NCBI RefSeq assembly: GCF_030028105.1
Contig: NC_092393.1
Coordinates: 31,101,248-31,165,247, forward strand
Source of the DNA: Mobula birostris
Taxonomy: Eukaryota
Length of the DNA stretch: 64,000 nucleotides
Direction: 5' to 3'
Position 1 is the first letter of the stretch. The number at the start of each line of letters is the position of its first letter. This document shows positions 1 through 12,321 of the stretch, piece by piece. Position numbers and translations under genes: made by a program. The notes beneath the pieces are model-generated. The model was not told where the DNA came from and ran no database searches. It saw nothing but the letters and a program-made list of their open reading frames with translations.

Positions 1-54
1 GCAAAACACGAAATAAAACATCCCGCGAGTGACAGTCCTGTACATGAAAACACC

Positions 55-203
55 TTGTTAATGAGAAATATCAAGGGAGAGCAGCCAGACTGGCTGAAGC
101 TCACAGAAAAGTGACATTAACTCAGATAACCACACACTACAACAGTAGAGTGCAGAAGAGCATCTTTAAACACACAACGTATTGAACTTTGAAGTGGATA
201 GGC
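55..203 (+). mobile_element. Tc1/mariner relic
   Basis: ataaccacacactacaac...gcagaagagcatct...gaactttgaag, homologous to 34351-34520. Confidence 0.65.
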
Positions 204-2949
204 ACAACGAAAGATGAGTTCATCCTTGATTTTGGTTTCCCGCAAGTTTGTTGGTCTCTGATACTCTGCTTACCTATTTATTTTTCTCTGACTAACCAGC
301 TGAGTTCCTCCAGCAGTTTGTTTTTGGCCTAAAAGGTTAGCTCTGTTTCTCTCTCCACTAGTGTTGCCTAAGCTGCTAAGTATTTGTAATAATTTCTTTC
401 TATTTTAAAACCTCAATTTTCATCCAAAATTTTGAGCACCTGAGGAAGTTGCTCTATTCCTCTTGTCGTTCTGGTTGACATCAGCTGCCTCAGAATTTTC
501 TCAGGCCATCTATGAGAAAACTGCTGGAACAAGAAGTAAAATCCTACATTTGGCAGAAATTTCAAATTGCGGGATTTGCTAAGTGGTTTTGGTAACATTT
601 TCTAAGAGATCTTAAAAAGGTCACCGGCTAGTTTGCAGGATTCTACCCTCGTCTAAACAGCGTAGTTTCATTAGTAAGGAAACTGTAAGGAAAGACCTGA
701 CAGGTTCCTTCAGAGAGCCACCAGCAATTAAATCTAAGGTGAATTATTGTAGTGTTGGTTCACCTCTAAACCGCACTTGTGCTAAAATTTGGGAGTATTG
801 GATTAAAATAATAGCAATAGACATTCTGCTTATTTGCATTTATGAGATTAAGCACATAAAGTTCAATCCACATTTTGTAAAAATGTGCTGCTATTTTAGC
901 AACATATTTACATAGTGAGGAAATGAAAGCATCAATACGGATGTGAGAACTTTCATACACAATTGATCTATAAACAGTTGTAGATGTGAAAGTCACACGG
1001 TCATGATTTGAATGCTTATAAATATATGTAAGTAAAACACAAGCTGAGAAAACCTAAGGAACAATGTTTAAAAATCCTTTGACATGCCCTCCTCCACTCC
1101 CTATAATTAATACACAATAAAATTGAATTGGCTGATAATTTTAAGGAAAATTGAAGACTCCCATGGAGGTTAAATATGTACAGATGAGTACACATTCACA
1201 AAGTAAAAGGGAGAGTGAGGATTAACACAAGTAATTAATCTCTTAGTCAGCAAACAATTAATCTCTCACATCAAAGAAATTCTGATCTTTGCAACTAACA
1301 TTGTTCATATAGTAGTCTGCATTTTGTTTTTCTCCTTTAGTGTCCATGATAGTCCACTTGGAAATGGATTGTATTTAGAATTTCAAAAGAAAGAAACTGC
1401 TGCACATCTGAAATAAAAACAGAAAATGCTGAGATACTCAGATGATCGGGCAGCATGCATGCATTAATAAAGTTAATATTTCAGGTGAAGGAACTTTAAT
1501 CTTTCTAATGAAGTTCATTGACATGAAATACAGTGTTTCTCCTTCCGGTAGTGTGTCTGATCTTTCAATCATTTACAGATTTTCTGTTTTTTTTGTATTA
1601 ACTAAATGCAATATAAACAGAGTGAATATCTGCAGGCCGCATGTTGCTGGTCCGTTAGTAACTCTAATATATTTTACTATGATCACGGTGAGGTCTTTGA
1701 CTACTTGGTTAGGAGCAGAGGATGGTGTCGGGGAGCTGACGGAGGTCTGCTGCTGCAGGGTCCTGTGTTGTATCACTTGATGTCATGCTGGAGTTGGTGA
1801 GAACCAATTACTTTTTCTTTCTGTTGAAGGAGATGTCACCAGAAAGATATGGCTGTCAATAAATACAGAAGTCCACTGCAGGAGTGCAATTCAGGAGCTC
1901 TGAGTCACTGCTACACGTAGTGTGGTAATTCATTAAATCTGTAATAGTGAACGTAGTGGCACATTCACTAGTGCACATTATTCATATTCACACATCCTTT
2001 CTTCCTTCAGCTGCAGCACAATACTCTTCAGTCCAACCCTTGATACATTACTCCTTAAATAAGCTCACCTTGTACATACGCACATCTAATTGTACATTGC
2101 GTAATGTCTCCTACTGTGCAGCCACTACCGGCTATGCCACAGCCCTCCCTAATCATCGCCTTCCACAGTTACACCCCACCTATCTGGCATTCCTCTTCTG
2201 ACAATTTTACCAGGCCTTTTATCACATCGGCAAAGGTGACCGTGGAGATAATGAACATGGTAAAATGCATATCTATTAAACTGAAATCCCACAGCAAGCT
2301 GTAGGTAGAATCTCCATCATACTTCTGCAGTCTCAACTGTACTTTTTTCCATACATGCTGGCTGACCTCCTGAATTCCTCTAGCATTTTGTGTTTTTTTT
2401 GTGTATAGTGCATTTAGCATTTTATCCTGTACATGAAGCAGCCCAGAGTAACACGTGATGGATACAAACATGGAACACCCTATACAGCACAGTACAGACC
2501 TTTCAACCCACAATGTTCTGCCAGTCTTTTAACTTACTCCAAGATATATCTAACCTTACTCTACCACATAGTCCTCCAATATGTTTCGCCCATGTGTTTA
2601 CCTAATCATCATCATTATGTGTTGTGTTGAATGATGTGGGTGATCATGGTCTATGAACATGATAGCTCGTGGTGAATGTCTCTAGCTAAGTGGCTTGCTA
2701 TTGCCTTCTTAACAGTGTCTTTACAAGATGGATGACCTTATCCATACTCTTCAAAGATTATCTGCCCGGTGTCAGTGGTTGCTTAACCAGGACTTCTGGT
2801 ATGCACCAGCTGCTCATCCGACCATCCCATGACTTCATGTGACCCTGATCGGGGAGCTAAGCAGGTGCTACACCTTGGCCAAGGATGACCTGCTGACTAG
2901 TGGAGGGAAGGAGCGCCTTACCTGTCCTTTGTTAGAGATATAACTCCAC

Positions 2950-3225
2950 CTCACCTATCCAAGTCTCTTAAATGTCCCTAATGCACCTATTTCTACCACT
3001 ACCCCTACCACACCACTACCTCAACAGTGAGTTGCCTTTACTGTGTAAAAAAATATCTCTGACATCTTTCCTACAGTTTCCTCCGATCACCTTCAAATTA
3101 TGCCTTCTCATAGTAACTATTTCCACCTTGGAGAAAAGACACTGGCTGTCCACTCTATCTATGCCTCTCATCATCTTATACATCTCTACCAGGTCAACCT
3201 TCATCCTCCTTCTATCAGGCCTGAA
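2950..3225 (-). mobile_element. CR1 3' fragment
   Basis: DLVEMYKMMRGIDRVDSQCLFSKVEIVTMRRHNLKVIGG. Confidence 0.8.
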
Positions 3226-3439
3226 CAGGCAGGCACCTCCTAGTCTCCAGCTAGCTAACAGAAATCACCTGCAACCCTTTTCCAACTCATCACCTGCAGC
3301 CTGTTTGAACCCAGCTCTCATCCACAGCCCTTGTCACTTATTGAACCTGTCAGCCTCAACCAGTTGCTTCTCACTTTCAGTTACCTTGTTGCCTGTTGTG
3401 TATAGTATCTGTTGTTTCTTGTTTTCAGTAGGTTTCATT

Positions 3440-4255
3440 AAGCACACTTAATGTCAGAGAAATGTATACGATGTACACCCTGAAGTTCTTTTTCTTCACA
3501 AACATCCACCAAAACAGAGGAGTGCCCCAAAGAATGTATGACAGTTAAATGTTAGAACCCCAAAGCCCCCCTCAGCTCTCAGCTCCCAGGCATAAGCAGC
3601 AGCAAAACAACAACCCCACCCCCCAACACCAGCAGAAAAGCAACGGCACCCCTGATCAAGCACTCAAGCATGCAGCAAAGCATCAATAAAGACACAGACG
3701 TGTAGTACCCCAGAGACTACTCATTCACCCGGTAATTTGACATACCACAGGCTCTCTCTCTTGCCCTAATAAGGGAAAAAGATGTGTCCCTGTTTTGCAG
3801 CGAGAGGGGAGACATAACAAAACAACTCGCTGATTTATGGTGTTAAAAGTCCGTAGTGTTGTTTTTTCCAAGCTCCGTGCCCAAAGAATTTGGGTCCCTG
3901 GACACACAGCCAGCAGCCAGCTGGCTGATTTCGATCTTCTGTGTACTCCCACAACACATCAGGTAGCAGCACCAGCCTTGAATCCACCCGTCTCCAGATC
4001 CACGAAAATCCAGCACCCTGAAGGCGCACTAATCTTCCAGGCTGCATCCTTGGGATATCAAAAAGCAGCTGGTCGTGAAGCCCTGAGAGCGAGTCCCATT
4101 CCACAGAGAACCCAAGTCAGCATGTAACTCCAGGTCAGGGCCTTCAAAAGAACCTTGAAAGGGAAAAAAAGAAATATCAAAGATAGAAATAGAGCTGTGT
4201 CTGAAGATGCAAGCAAAGGAGTTGCCATTAGGTGCCAGCATCCTCCTTAGCTCCA
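3440..4255 (-). mobile_element. Non-autonomous retroposon-like insertion
   Basis: Contains the tacaaccctgag-like tail motif seen in other LINE ends here and interrupts the putative Gypsy LTR; family unknown. Confidence 0.4.
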
Positions 4256-5114
4256 CCCACATTTTGTGGCTTCTTGTTGTTTTATATTTTATTAGTAAAG
4301 GATCTTTACTGCTAAATCATCTCTGCTGCTCTGCTTTTGAGTCAAGCCTTCTCTACATTTCCCGATAGGTTCAGTGAACTTGCGATTGACCCGAGAGAAT
4401 TTGTTTGCGTAAAGGAGCTTGTCCATCAACATGAGCACATGATCCAGATGCAGCAGGACACCATTAACCTTCTGCTTGCCACTCTCAATCACAGCCCCAA
4501 GCCAGTCAACCCCCTCCCATGGAAACCCAGATTCCAGAGCTCAAACGCTTTGACGGAATATCAGACCAATCTGCAACTTCCCATCCTGGCGCATCTTGCG
4601 CTTTGAGCTCCAACCAGCTCTGTACTTCACGAACTAAGCTAAGATCTCCTTCATCATTTTTCTCCTGACTGGATGAGTTCTGACCTGGGCTGTCACTAAT
4701 TGGGACAATAAGATCCTCAGTTGTAACAGATATGAGGACTTCACTCTGAAATATGCCAGGTTTTCGACCATCCATGCTGTGGAAGGGGAGTCAGCTGATC
4801 AAATACTTTCCCTGTGTCAAGACTCACGCTTGATGCAGCAGGAATGTGGAAGCCTGTCAGCCTATCACAGAGCATTTGAAAGACAAACTGCCTACCCAGA
4901 GGATGCCCACCTACCTTGAAAGCCTCATAACTCTGGCCCTCCATATTGATACAGTCTTATGGAACAACCTTTCAGATTGTCAGTCAGGGCCCTCACTTCC
5001 TTTCCCAGAACTATTTTAGGCTGAAGGACCATCCTTAGCAAAGCCTCCAGAACCTAGGAGATTTCCCTTAATGCCCCGAGAGCACAAGCCTCCAGTGGAG
5101 AAACAATTTGTGCA

Positions 5115-8058
5115 AACAACAGGAATTCTGCAGATGCTGGAAATTCAAGCAACACACATCAAAGTTGCTGGTGAATGCAGCAGGCCAAGCAGCATCTGTA
5201 GGAAGAGGTGCAGTCGACGTTTCAGGCCGAGACCCTTCCTCAGGACTAACTGAAGGAAGAGTGAGTAAGGGATTTGAAAGTTGGAGGGGGAGGGGGAGAT
5301 CCAAAATGATAGGAGAAGACAGGAGGGGGAGGGATAGAGCCAAGAGCTGGACAGGTGATAGGTAAAAGGGGATACGAGAGGATCATGGGACAGGAGGTCC
5401 GGGAAGAAAGACGGGGGGGGGGAGACCCAGAGGATGGGCAAGAGGTATATTCAGAGGGACAGAGGGAGAAAAAGGAGAGTGAGAGAAAGAATGTGTGCAT
5501 AAAAATGAGTAACAGATGGGGTACAAGGGGGAAGTGGGGCCTTAGCGGAAGTTAGAGAAGTCGATGTTCATGCCATCAGATTGGAGGCTACCCAGACGGA
5601 ATATAAGGTGTTGTTCCTCCAACCTGAGTGTGGCTTCATCTTTACAGTAGAGGAGGCCGTGGATAGACATGTCAGAATGGGAATGGGATGTGGAATTAAA
5701 ATGTGTGGCCACTGGGAGATCCTGTTTTCTCTGGCGGACAGAGCGTAGATGTTCAGCAGTCTCCCAGTCTGCGTTGGGTCTCGCCAATATATAAACGGCC
5801 ACATCGGGAGCACCGGACGCAGTATATCACCCCAGTCGACTCACAGGTGAAGTGTTGCCTCACCTGGAAGGACTGTTTGGGGCCCTGAATGGTGGTAAGG
5901 GAGGAAGTGTAAGGGCATGTGTAGCACTTGTTCCGCTTACACGGATAAGTGCCAGCAGGGAGATCAGTGGGGAGGGATGGGGGGGACGAATGGACAAGGG
6001 AGTTGTGTAGGGAGTGATCCCTGCGGAAAGCAGAGGGGGGGAGGGAAAGATGTGCTTAGTGGTGGGATCCTGTTGGAGGTGGCGGAAGTTACGGAGAATA
6101 ATATGTTGGACCCGGAGGCTGGTGGGGTGGTAGGTGAGGACCAGGGGAACCCTATTCCTAGTGGGGTGGCGGGAGGATGGAGTGAGAGCAGATGTACGTG
6201 AAATGGGGGAGATGCGTTTAAGAGCAGAGTTGATAGTGGAGGAAGGGAAGCCCCTTTCTTTAAAAAAGGAAGACATCTCCCTCGTCCTAGAATGAAAAGC
6301 CTCATCCTGAGAGCAGATGTGGCGGAGACGGAGGAATTGCGAGAAGGGGATGGCGTTTTTGCAAGAGACAGGGTGAGAAGAGGAATAGTCCAGTGAGAGT
6401 CAGTAGGCTTATAGTAGACATCAGTGGATAAGCTGTCTCCAGAGACAGAGACAGAAAGATCTAGAAAGGGGAGGGAGGTGTCAGAAATGGACCAGGTAAA
6501 CTTGAGGGCAGGGTGAAAGTTGGAGGCAAAGTTAATAAAGTCAACGAGTTCTGCATGCGTGCAGGAAGCAGCACCAATGCAGTTGTCGATGTAGCGAAGA
6601 AAAAGTGGGGGACAGATACCAGAATAGGCATGGAACATAGATTGTTCCACGAACCCAACAAAAAGGTAGGCATAGCTAGGACCCATACGGGTGCCCATAG
6701 CTACACCTTTAGTTTGGAGGAAGTGGGAGGAGCCAAAGGAGAAGTTATTAAGAGTAAGGACTAATTCCACTAGACGGAGCAGAGTGGTGGTAGAGGGGAA
6801 CTGGTTAGGTCTGGAATCCAAAAAGAAGCGTAGAGCTTTGAGACCTTCCTGATGGGGGATGGAAGTATATAAGGACTAGACATCCATCGTGAAAATAAAG
6901 CGGAGGGGGCCAGGGAACTTAAAATCATCGAAAAGTTTAAGAGCGTGAGAAGTGTCACGAACATAGGTCGGAAGGGATTGAACAAGGGGTGATAAAACAG
7001 TGTCGAGGTATGCAGAAATGAGTTCGGTGGGGCAGGAGCAAGCTGAGACAATAGGTTGGCCAGGACAGGCAGGTTTGTGGATCTTGGGTAGGAGGTAGAA
7101 ACGGGAAGTGCGGGTTGTGGGAACTATAAGGTTGGTAGCAGTGGATGGGAGATCCCCTGAGCGGATAAAGTCGGTGATGGTGTGGGAGACAATGGCCTGG
7201 TGCTCCTTAGTGGGGTCACGATCGAGGGGTAAATAAGAGGAGGTATCCGCGAGTTGTCACTGTGCCTCGGCAAGGTAGAGGTCAGTACGCCAGACTACAA
7301 CAGCACCCCCCTTATCGGCGGGTTTAATAATAAGGTTAGGATTAGTGCGGAGGGAGTGGCGAGCAGAGCGTTCCGAAGGAGTGAGGTTGGAATGGGGACA
7401 AGGTGCGGTGAAGTCGAGACGGTTGATGTCCCATCGGCAGTTAGCGATAAAGAGATCCAGAGCAGGCAGAAGACCAGAGCGGGGTGTCCATGAAGAAGGG
7501 GAGGGTTGAAGACGGCAGAAGGGGTCATCGGTGGGGGTGGAAGAGCCCTTGCCGAAGAAGTAGGCTCGGAGACGGAGACGGCGGAAGAAGAGTTCCGCAT
7601 CATGGCGAACATGGAACTCGCTGAGGTGTGGGCGAAGGGGGACAAAGGTGAGGCCCTTACTGAGGACAGAGCGTTCTGCCTCCGACAGTTGAAGGTCAGA
7701 GGGAATGGTAAAGACCCGGCATGGATGAGAGCTGGGATCAGAGGGGGGAGGGGGGAGGCTGGGGGTGTCAATGGAGAGGGGAGGGTTGGGGTGAGAGGAA
7801 GATGGAGCCTCTGAGGGCCCAGGAGTTGACGGTGGGATCCGAGGAAGACGGGGCTGCGGAGTGGTGGTGGGGGAAGGGGAGACGGGAGTCACAACAGCAG
7901 CACTTGTAGACCTGGCCTGGAGTTCAAGGCTGGCGTCGCAGTTGGTGGTTGCACAATCGCTGTGAAGGTGTCCATGGTCGTTGCTGGAGTCCGGGTTTTG
8001 AATATGCCCTGAGGTGTTGGAGCCGGCGAGATCAATGGCAGGAGCCGCACTCTGAAGT
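5115..8058 (-). mobile_element. Near full-length Penelope-like element (RT + GIY-YIG), frameshifted
   Basis: KPADKGGAVVVW, MGTRMGPSYA, LRYIDNC and GIY-YIG tail (ATHFNS..EEQHLIFRLGSLQSDGMNIDFSNFR*); pLTR 5115-5540; 10-bp TSD AATTTGTGCA at 5105-5114 and 8059-8068. Confidence 0.92.
5211..5247 (-). ncRNA. Minimal hammerhead ribozyme motif (Penelope pLTR)
   Basis: Minus strand AGUC-CUGAGGA-AGGGUCUCGGCCU-GAAAC-GUC-GACU: catalytic core, short stem II, stem I AGUC/GACU, palindromic ACGU in place of stem III. Confidence 0.7.
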
Positions 8059-9202
8059 AATTTGTGCACCTACTTTGGAGCAGCCACTACCAGTGGGAAA
8101 CAGGTAGAGATGAAGAGTCTTCTATCTGGTAAGCACCCCTGCTCTTCATTCCAGCACCATACCCCCACTCACTCGCTCTGTCCTTCTCCTCGTTCCAACA
8201 ATTCTACGCACAAAGGAGGCACCGGTGGATTCTGGCACAGCAGGCAATTTTCTGGACTGTATTTTGTGTATTCAGTTTGGATCTACTACTGAGCCTACCT
8301 CTCACCCATTCAGCCTCATGGCCTTTGACAGACATCCTTTGCAGACTGGGATGATCAGAGTACATGGCCCGTGCACATCAGCATCCAAAGGCACTGCGAG
8401 TCCATCCAATTCCTCCTGATCAACTCACCCAACACACCTCTCATCTTGGCTTACCCCTGGCTCTCCACTCATGATCCTCATTTTGTTTCATCTTCCAGTT
8501 CACTGCTGAGTTGGGGACACACCTGCTTGCAACCTCAGTTTATTTCACTCTGTAAATAACTGGAGATGAAGGATACCCTCAACTTCACCAAACTCCTACA
8601 GGGATACAACGATTTAGCCATCGCCTTCAGTAACAGGGAAGTCAGCACCCTGCTACCTCACCGACTACACGACTGTGCAATCGAGCTCTTCTTAGGCATC
8701 ACCCCTGCCTAAGGTCGTCTGTTTTCCCTCTCCCCCCCACCCCGAGACCCAAAACATGAATGACAGCATCACGGACATGCTACAACACTGCTTCATTTAA
8801 ACATCCCAGTCCCCAGCTTGTGCAGGATCCTTCTTTGGCAAAAAGAAAGATCGAGGTCTTCATTCCTGCATTGACTACCATGATACTTGGTGATGCCATT
8901 CGGATTTTCCAATGGTCCAGCTGTTTTCCAAGCTTCCATCCAAAACTACAACCCTCTCACCCCCCTCACGGATTTTCTGGTCTGCTGCCGTGGACCGTGC
9001 TTTTGAGGAGCTTCAGAGATGTTTCACCATCACTCCCATCTTGCACCATCCAAACCTCTCCAGGCCATTTGCTGTAGAGGTGGATGCATCTGATGTGGGT
9101 TCCGGGTCCATCCTCTTCCAGCAGTGACTGAATGGGAAGACACTTCCACGTGCCTTCTTCTCACACAAGTTCAACTGAACACAGCACCGTTATGGAGTAG
9201 GA

Positions 9203-10395
9203 CAGGGATCCCCAACCTTTTTCACACTGTGGACCAGTTTCATATTGACAATATTCTTGTGGACCGGCTGACCGGGGGGAGAGGGGGCAGTTAGGGTTGC
9301 CAACGTACAAGCGTAGCAGTCAAATACGTAGTGTTTACCCCGAGAAAGACTACAATGACCATGAAGCCTTGCGTGGGCACCAGTGCGCATGCGTAAATTG
9401 TGTATGTGTGTACGTCCCAATTTCTTAAAAATTGTTTTTGCCGATTCTTTTGGCGGCGGCAGGGTGTGTTAAACACGACCGGAATATCGGTGATAAGTGG
9501 CTAATACATTCAATTTCGTTTCTAAAAGGGTTTATCTAACAAATTTAATATTAAACACACAGTGCATATTTTCCTCGCATGAATATAGCGATAAGTCAAT
9601 TATCAGGGGAGCTTGAAGTAAGTGTTGAACGAACTTACAGTAGAAGTGGTAGAGGCAGGTTCGATATTATTTAAAGAAAAATTGGATAGGTATATGGGCA
9701 GGAAAGGAATGGAGGGTTATGGGCTGAGTGCAGGTTGGTGGGACTAGGTGAGAGTAGCGTTCGGCATGGACTAGAAGGGCAGAGATGGCCTGTTTCCATG
9801 CCGTAATTGTTATATGGTTATATAAGTCACTTATAATAGCATCATAACATTTTAAGTAACGTTTGGATATTAAACACACAGCGCATATTGTCCTCGTATG
9901 AACATATAAAATCATTGCAACACACCAATATCGCTGAATCAGTGGGAGCCCTGGGCTTGTTTCCCTGCAACAAGACGGTCCCATCGAGGGGTGATGGGAG
10001 ACAGCGATACTCGAAGGGGGTTCCTTATGTCCAGTCTACTCCACAACTTAGTTTTCGCTGCATTCATCGCAGAGATATGTTGGAAATGGAAGCAACGTTT
10101 TCAGTGCTTCCGTAGCTATCTCAGGATAGTCAGCCTTGACTTTCATCCGGAATGCCAACAGAGATGTTATGTCAAACATACTTTTCAGCCCGCTGTCATT
10201 TCCAGGCTCGAGGAGTTGATCTCCTTCCCACGCTGACACGGATGACGCGCGGGTACTGAGCTCGTGTGTGTTCAAGCTCAACAGTGGGCGTGACAGGAAA
10301 TGAGGAAAGGTGCAGCTGGCTCATATCACTAAATCTTATCGTTTCCTCGCGGCCTGGTAGCGCATGCCTTGCGGCCCTGTGGTTGGGGACTGCTG
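9203..10395 (-). mobile_element. Non-autonomous hAT (Charlie-like) DNA transposon
   Basis: TIRs cagggatccccaacc / ggttggggactgctg; exact 8-bp TSD GAGTAGGA at 9195-9202 and 10396-10403; hAT dimerisation-domain remnant (FWMKVKADYPEIATEALKTLLPFPTYLC). Confidence 0.92.
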
Positions 10396-10891
10396 GAGTA
10401 GGAGGCAGGGAGCTACTTACTTTTAATTAGGCTCTAGAATAATGGAGATATTGGCAAATGGGAAACACGGAGCCTTTCCTGATCTGGACTTACCACCAGA
10501 ACCATATATCCATACAACCGACCCATCAACCCGACCCAGGTCCGGCCTGCTGGGTCTTCTTCTTCAAGAAATTCATCTTCACCATCTGCTATTGACCCAG
10601 CTCCAACAACACTAAGACACACACCCTGTCACAACAGTTTGACCCAGCTGAAACAAAAATCGACCCTCAGACCATCATTCCATTCTCCCTGATCCTCACT
10701 CCGATGGCTTAAGATCTTGCGAACAAGATCAGCCAGGCCCTACAGCTCGAGCCTGCTCCTTCCAACACCACTGACAAATGCATGTGCGTGCTTGTGGCCA
10801 TGTGCTCTGAGGCACTCCAGTGGTGCCAGTCCTCACCCCTCTTTATCCATCCAGGCACATGATTTCTCAAAAATCCAGACTCTAGATTTTC

Positions 10892-12056
10892 TGTGACAAG
10901 AAAGCAGAGGAAGTGGGGAAGAAAGAATGCTGAACATTGATACAGGCCCTGGACGAGATTAGGATGCAGGGCCTGGGCTAGGACATGGACAAGAAACACG
11001 GAACCCAGACAAGGAACTAGGAACAAGGAGCCTGAACTAGGGACACGGGACTCCGGAACTAGAGCCTGGACAAGGACCCGGAACCTGGGTCTTTGTTGGG
11101 ACTAGGAACCTGGGTCTTGACTCGGAACCAGAACCCGGGTTTAGGCTAGGACCAGACATGGCTACAGGTCGTGGCGTGGCTACAGGACTGGACGTGTGAC
11201 TCCTGGACAGGACAAGGGAACTCCAGCACCGGACGAGGGATCTCCAGCACAGGGCTGGGCGAGGTACTCCTGGGCTGGGTGAAGCACATGAACAGGATAA
11301 GAACACAGAGCCTTGACTAGGACTTGGGAGATGGGAACCTCGGAGCCTTAGTCTTGGGAGACAAGAACCTCGGAGCCTTGGTCTTGAGCATGGGAACATG
11401 GAACGCAGAGCCGGGACCACCTTCTTGGGAACAGAACCAAGGACTTGGGCTCTTTCTATACACAGAACACTGAACACGAAGAGACAGTTCTCCACTCAGG
11501 GTAGCGGCAAACGGCCGGACCTACCTAGCAAAGACGAAGACACAGAGACAGTTCCCAACTCAAGGTAGCGGCAAATGGCTGGACCTACCTAGTGAAGGCA
11601 AGGACACAGAGACAATTCCCAACTCAAGGTAGAGGTAAATGGCCAGACCTACCTAGCAAAGGCAAGGACACAAAGAGACGGTTCCCAACACAAGGTAGCG
11701 CCAAATGACTGGACCTACCTAGCGAAGGCAAGGACACAAAGAGACAATTCCAAACAACGACAGACTGTTTCTTATCTTGACATAGCAAAGCCCCGGTCTT
11801 GCTCCATCAGTTGAACTTGAGGGCATTACAGGGGAAGTTGCAGGTGATGTTTCAGGCGAAGGCTTCAGAGGGAAGGGAACAGTCCAACAAATGAAGCTGA
11901 ACCCAGGAGCTATTTACGTAGCCAGCCCAAAATGAGAATCAGGTGCCTCAATTAAGGCACTCAACAGAACAAGGGAGAAAACAGGAAAACACGGAAAAAG
12001 GATTGATAGACCAGACCGCGAACTGGGATGCAGATTTCACGGACTGGACCATGACA
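10892..12056 (-). mobile_element. Solo LTR-like element with internal tandem repeats
   Basis: TG..CA ends; minus-strand start tgtcatggtccagtccgtgaaatctgcat is homologous to the start of the LTR at 43125; flanks share atttt offset by one base. Confidence 0.6.
11481..11755. repeat. 64-66 bp minisatellite, about 4.2 copies
   Basis: Units start at 11481, 11545, 11609, 11675 and 11741 (gagacagttcccaactcaaggtagcggcaaatggctggacctacctagcgaaggcaaggacaca); no spacers. Confidence 0.9.
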
Positions 12057-12321
12057 ATTTTTTGTGCTGCATGCGATGTATGTACTGTATTTTGTACCTT
12101 GGTCCCTGAGAAACACATTTTTTTTAACTATGTACATGTGTATGGGTGAATGACCATAAACTTGAACTTGAACTTGAACCTTCCTCAAACTCTTGCATGA
12201 TGAGAGTGTGTGTGATACCTGTAATGTCCTGGAAATAGGGATGCCAGCCAGATCACCAGCCTGAGCGCTCAATCATTGTGATTTCTATCATTAGTAGTAA
12301 TGTTAACATCATTATGAGCTC

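Larger units (their letters stand above)
3228..12270 (+). mobile_element. Decayed sushi-type Ty3/Gypsy retrotransposon, fragmented by nested insertions
   Basis: gag-like 4370-5114 (LLTG..LTWAVTNWD), protease DSGTAGNFLD at 8228, RT fragments 8600-8900, RNase H VEVDASDVG ~9075 resuming after the hAT TSD at 10404 (RELL..ALE.WR), integrase H2C2 fragment 10780-10890. The LTR assignment of 3228-4370 is tentative. Confidence 0.8.

Noticed and set aside
766-996. Minus-strand 76-aa ORF and the ORFs at 1442-1800
   Set aside because: No motifs, no consistent splice framework, AT-rich composition.
5280-5440. G-quadruplex-like G runs in pLTRs
   Set aside because: An inherent feature of every pLTR copy, with variable homopolymer lengths; no locus-specific signal.
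5068-5555. Repeated 60-180 aa ORFs in pLTRs (e.g. MLVNAAGQAASLGRG..., also at 26.2-27.6 kb and 33.2-33.9 kb)
   Set aside because: They recur only because the non-coding pLTR is repeated; frames and lengths differ between copies.
11481-11755. CRISPR-like regular repeats
   Set aside because: The units are contiguous with no unique spacers, there are no cas genes, and the context is a eukaryotic LTR. It is a minisatellite.
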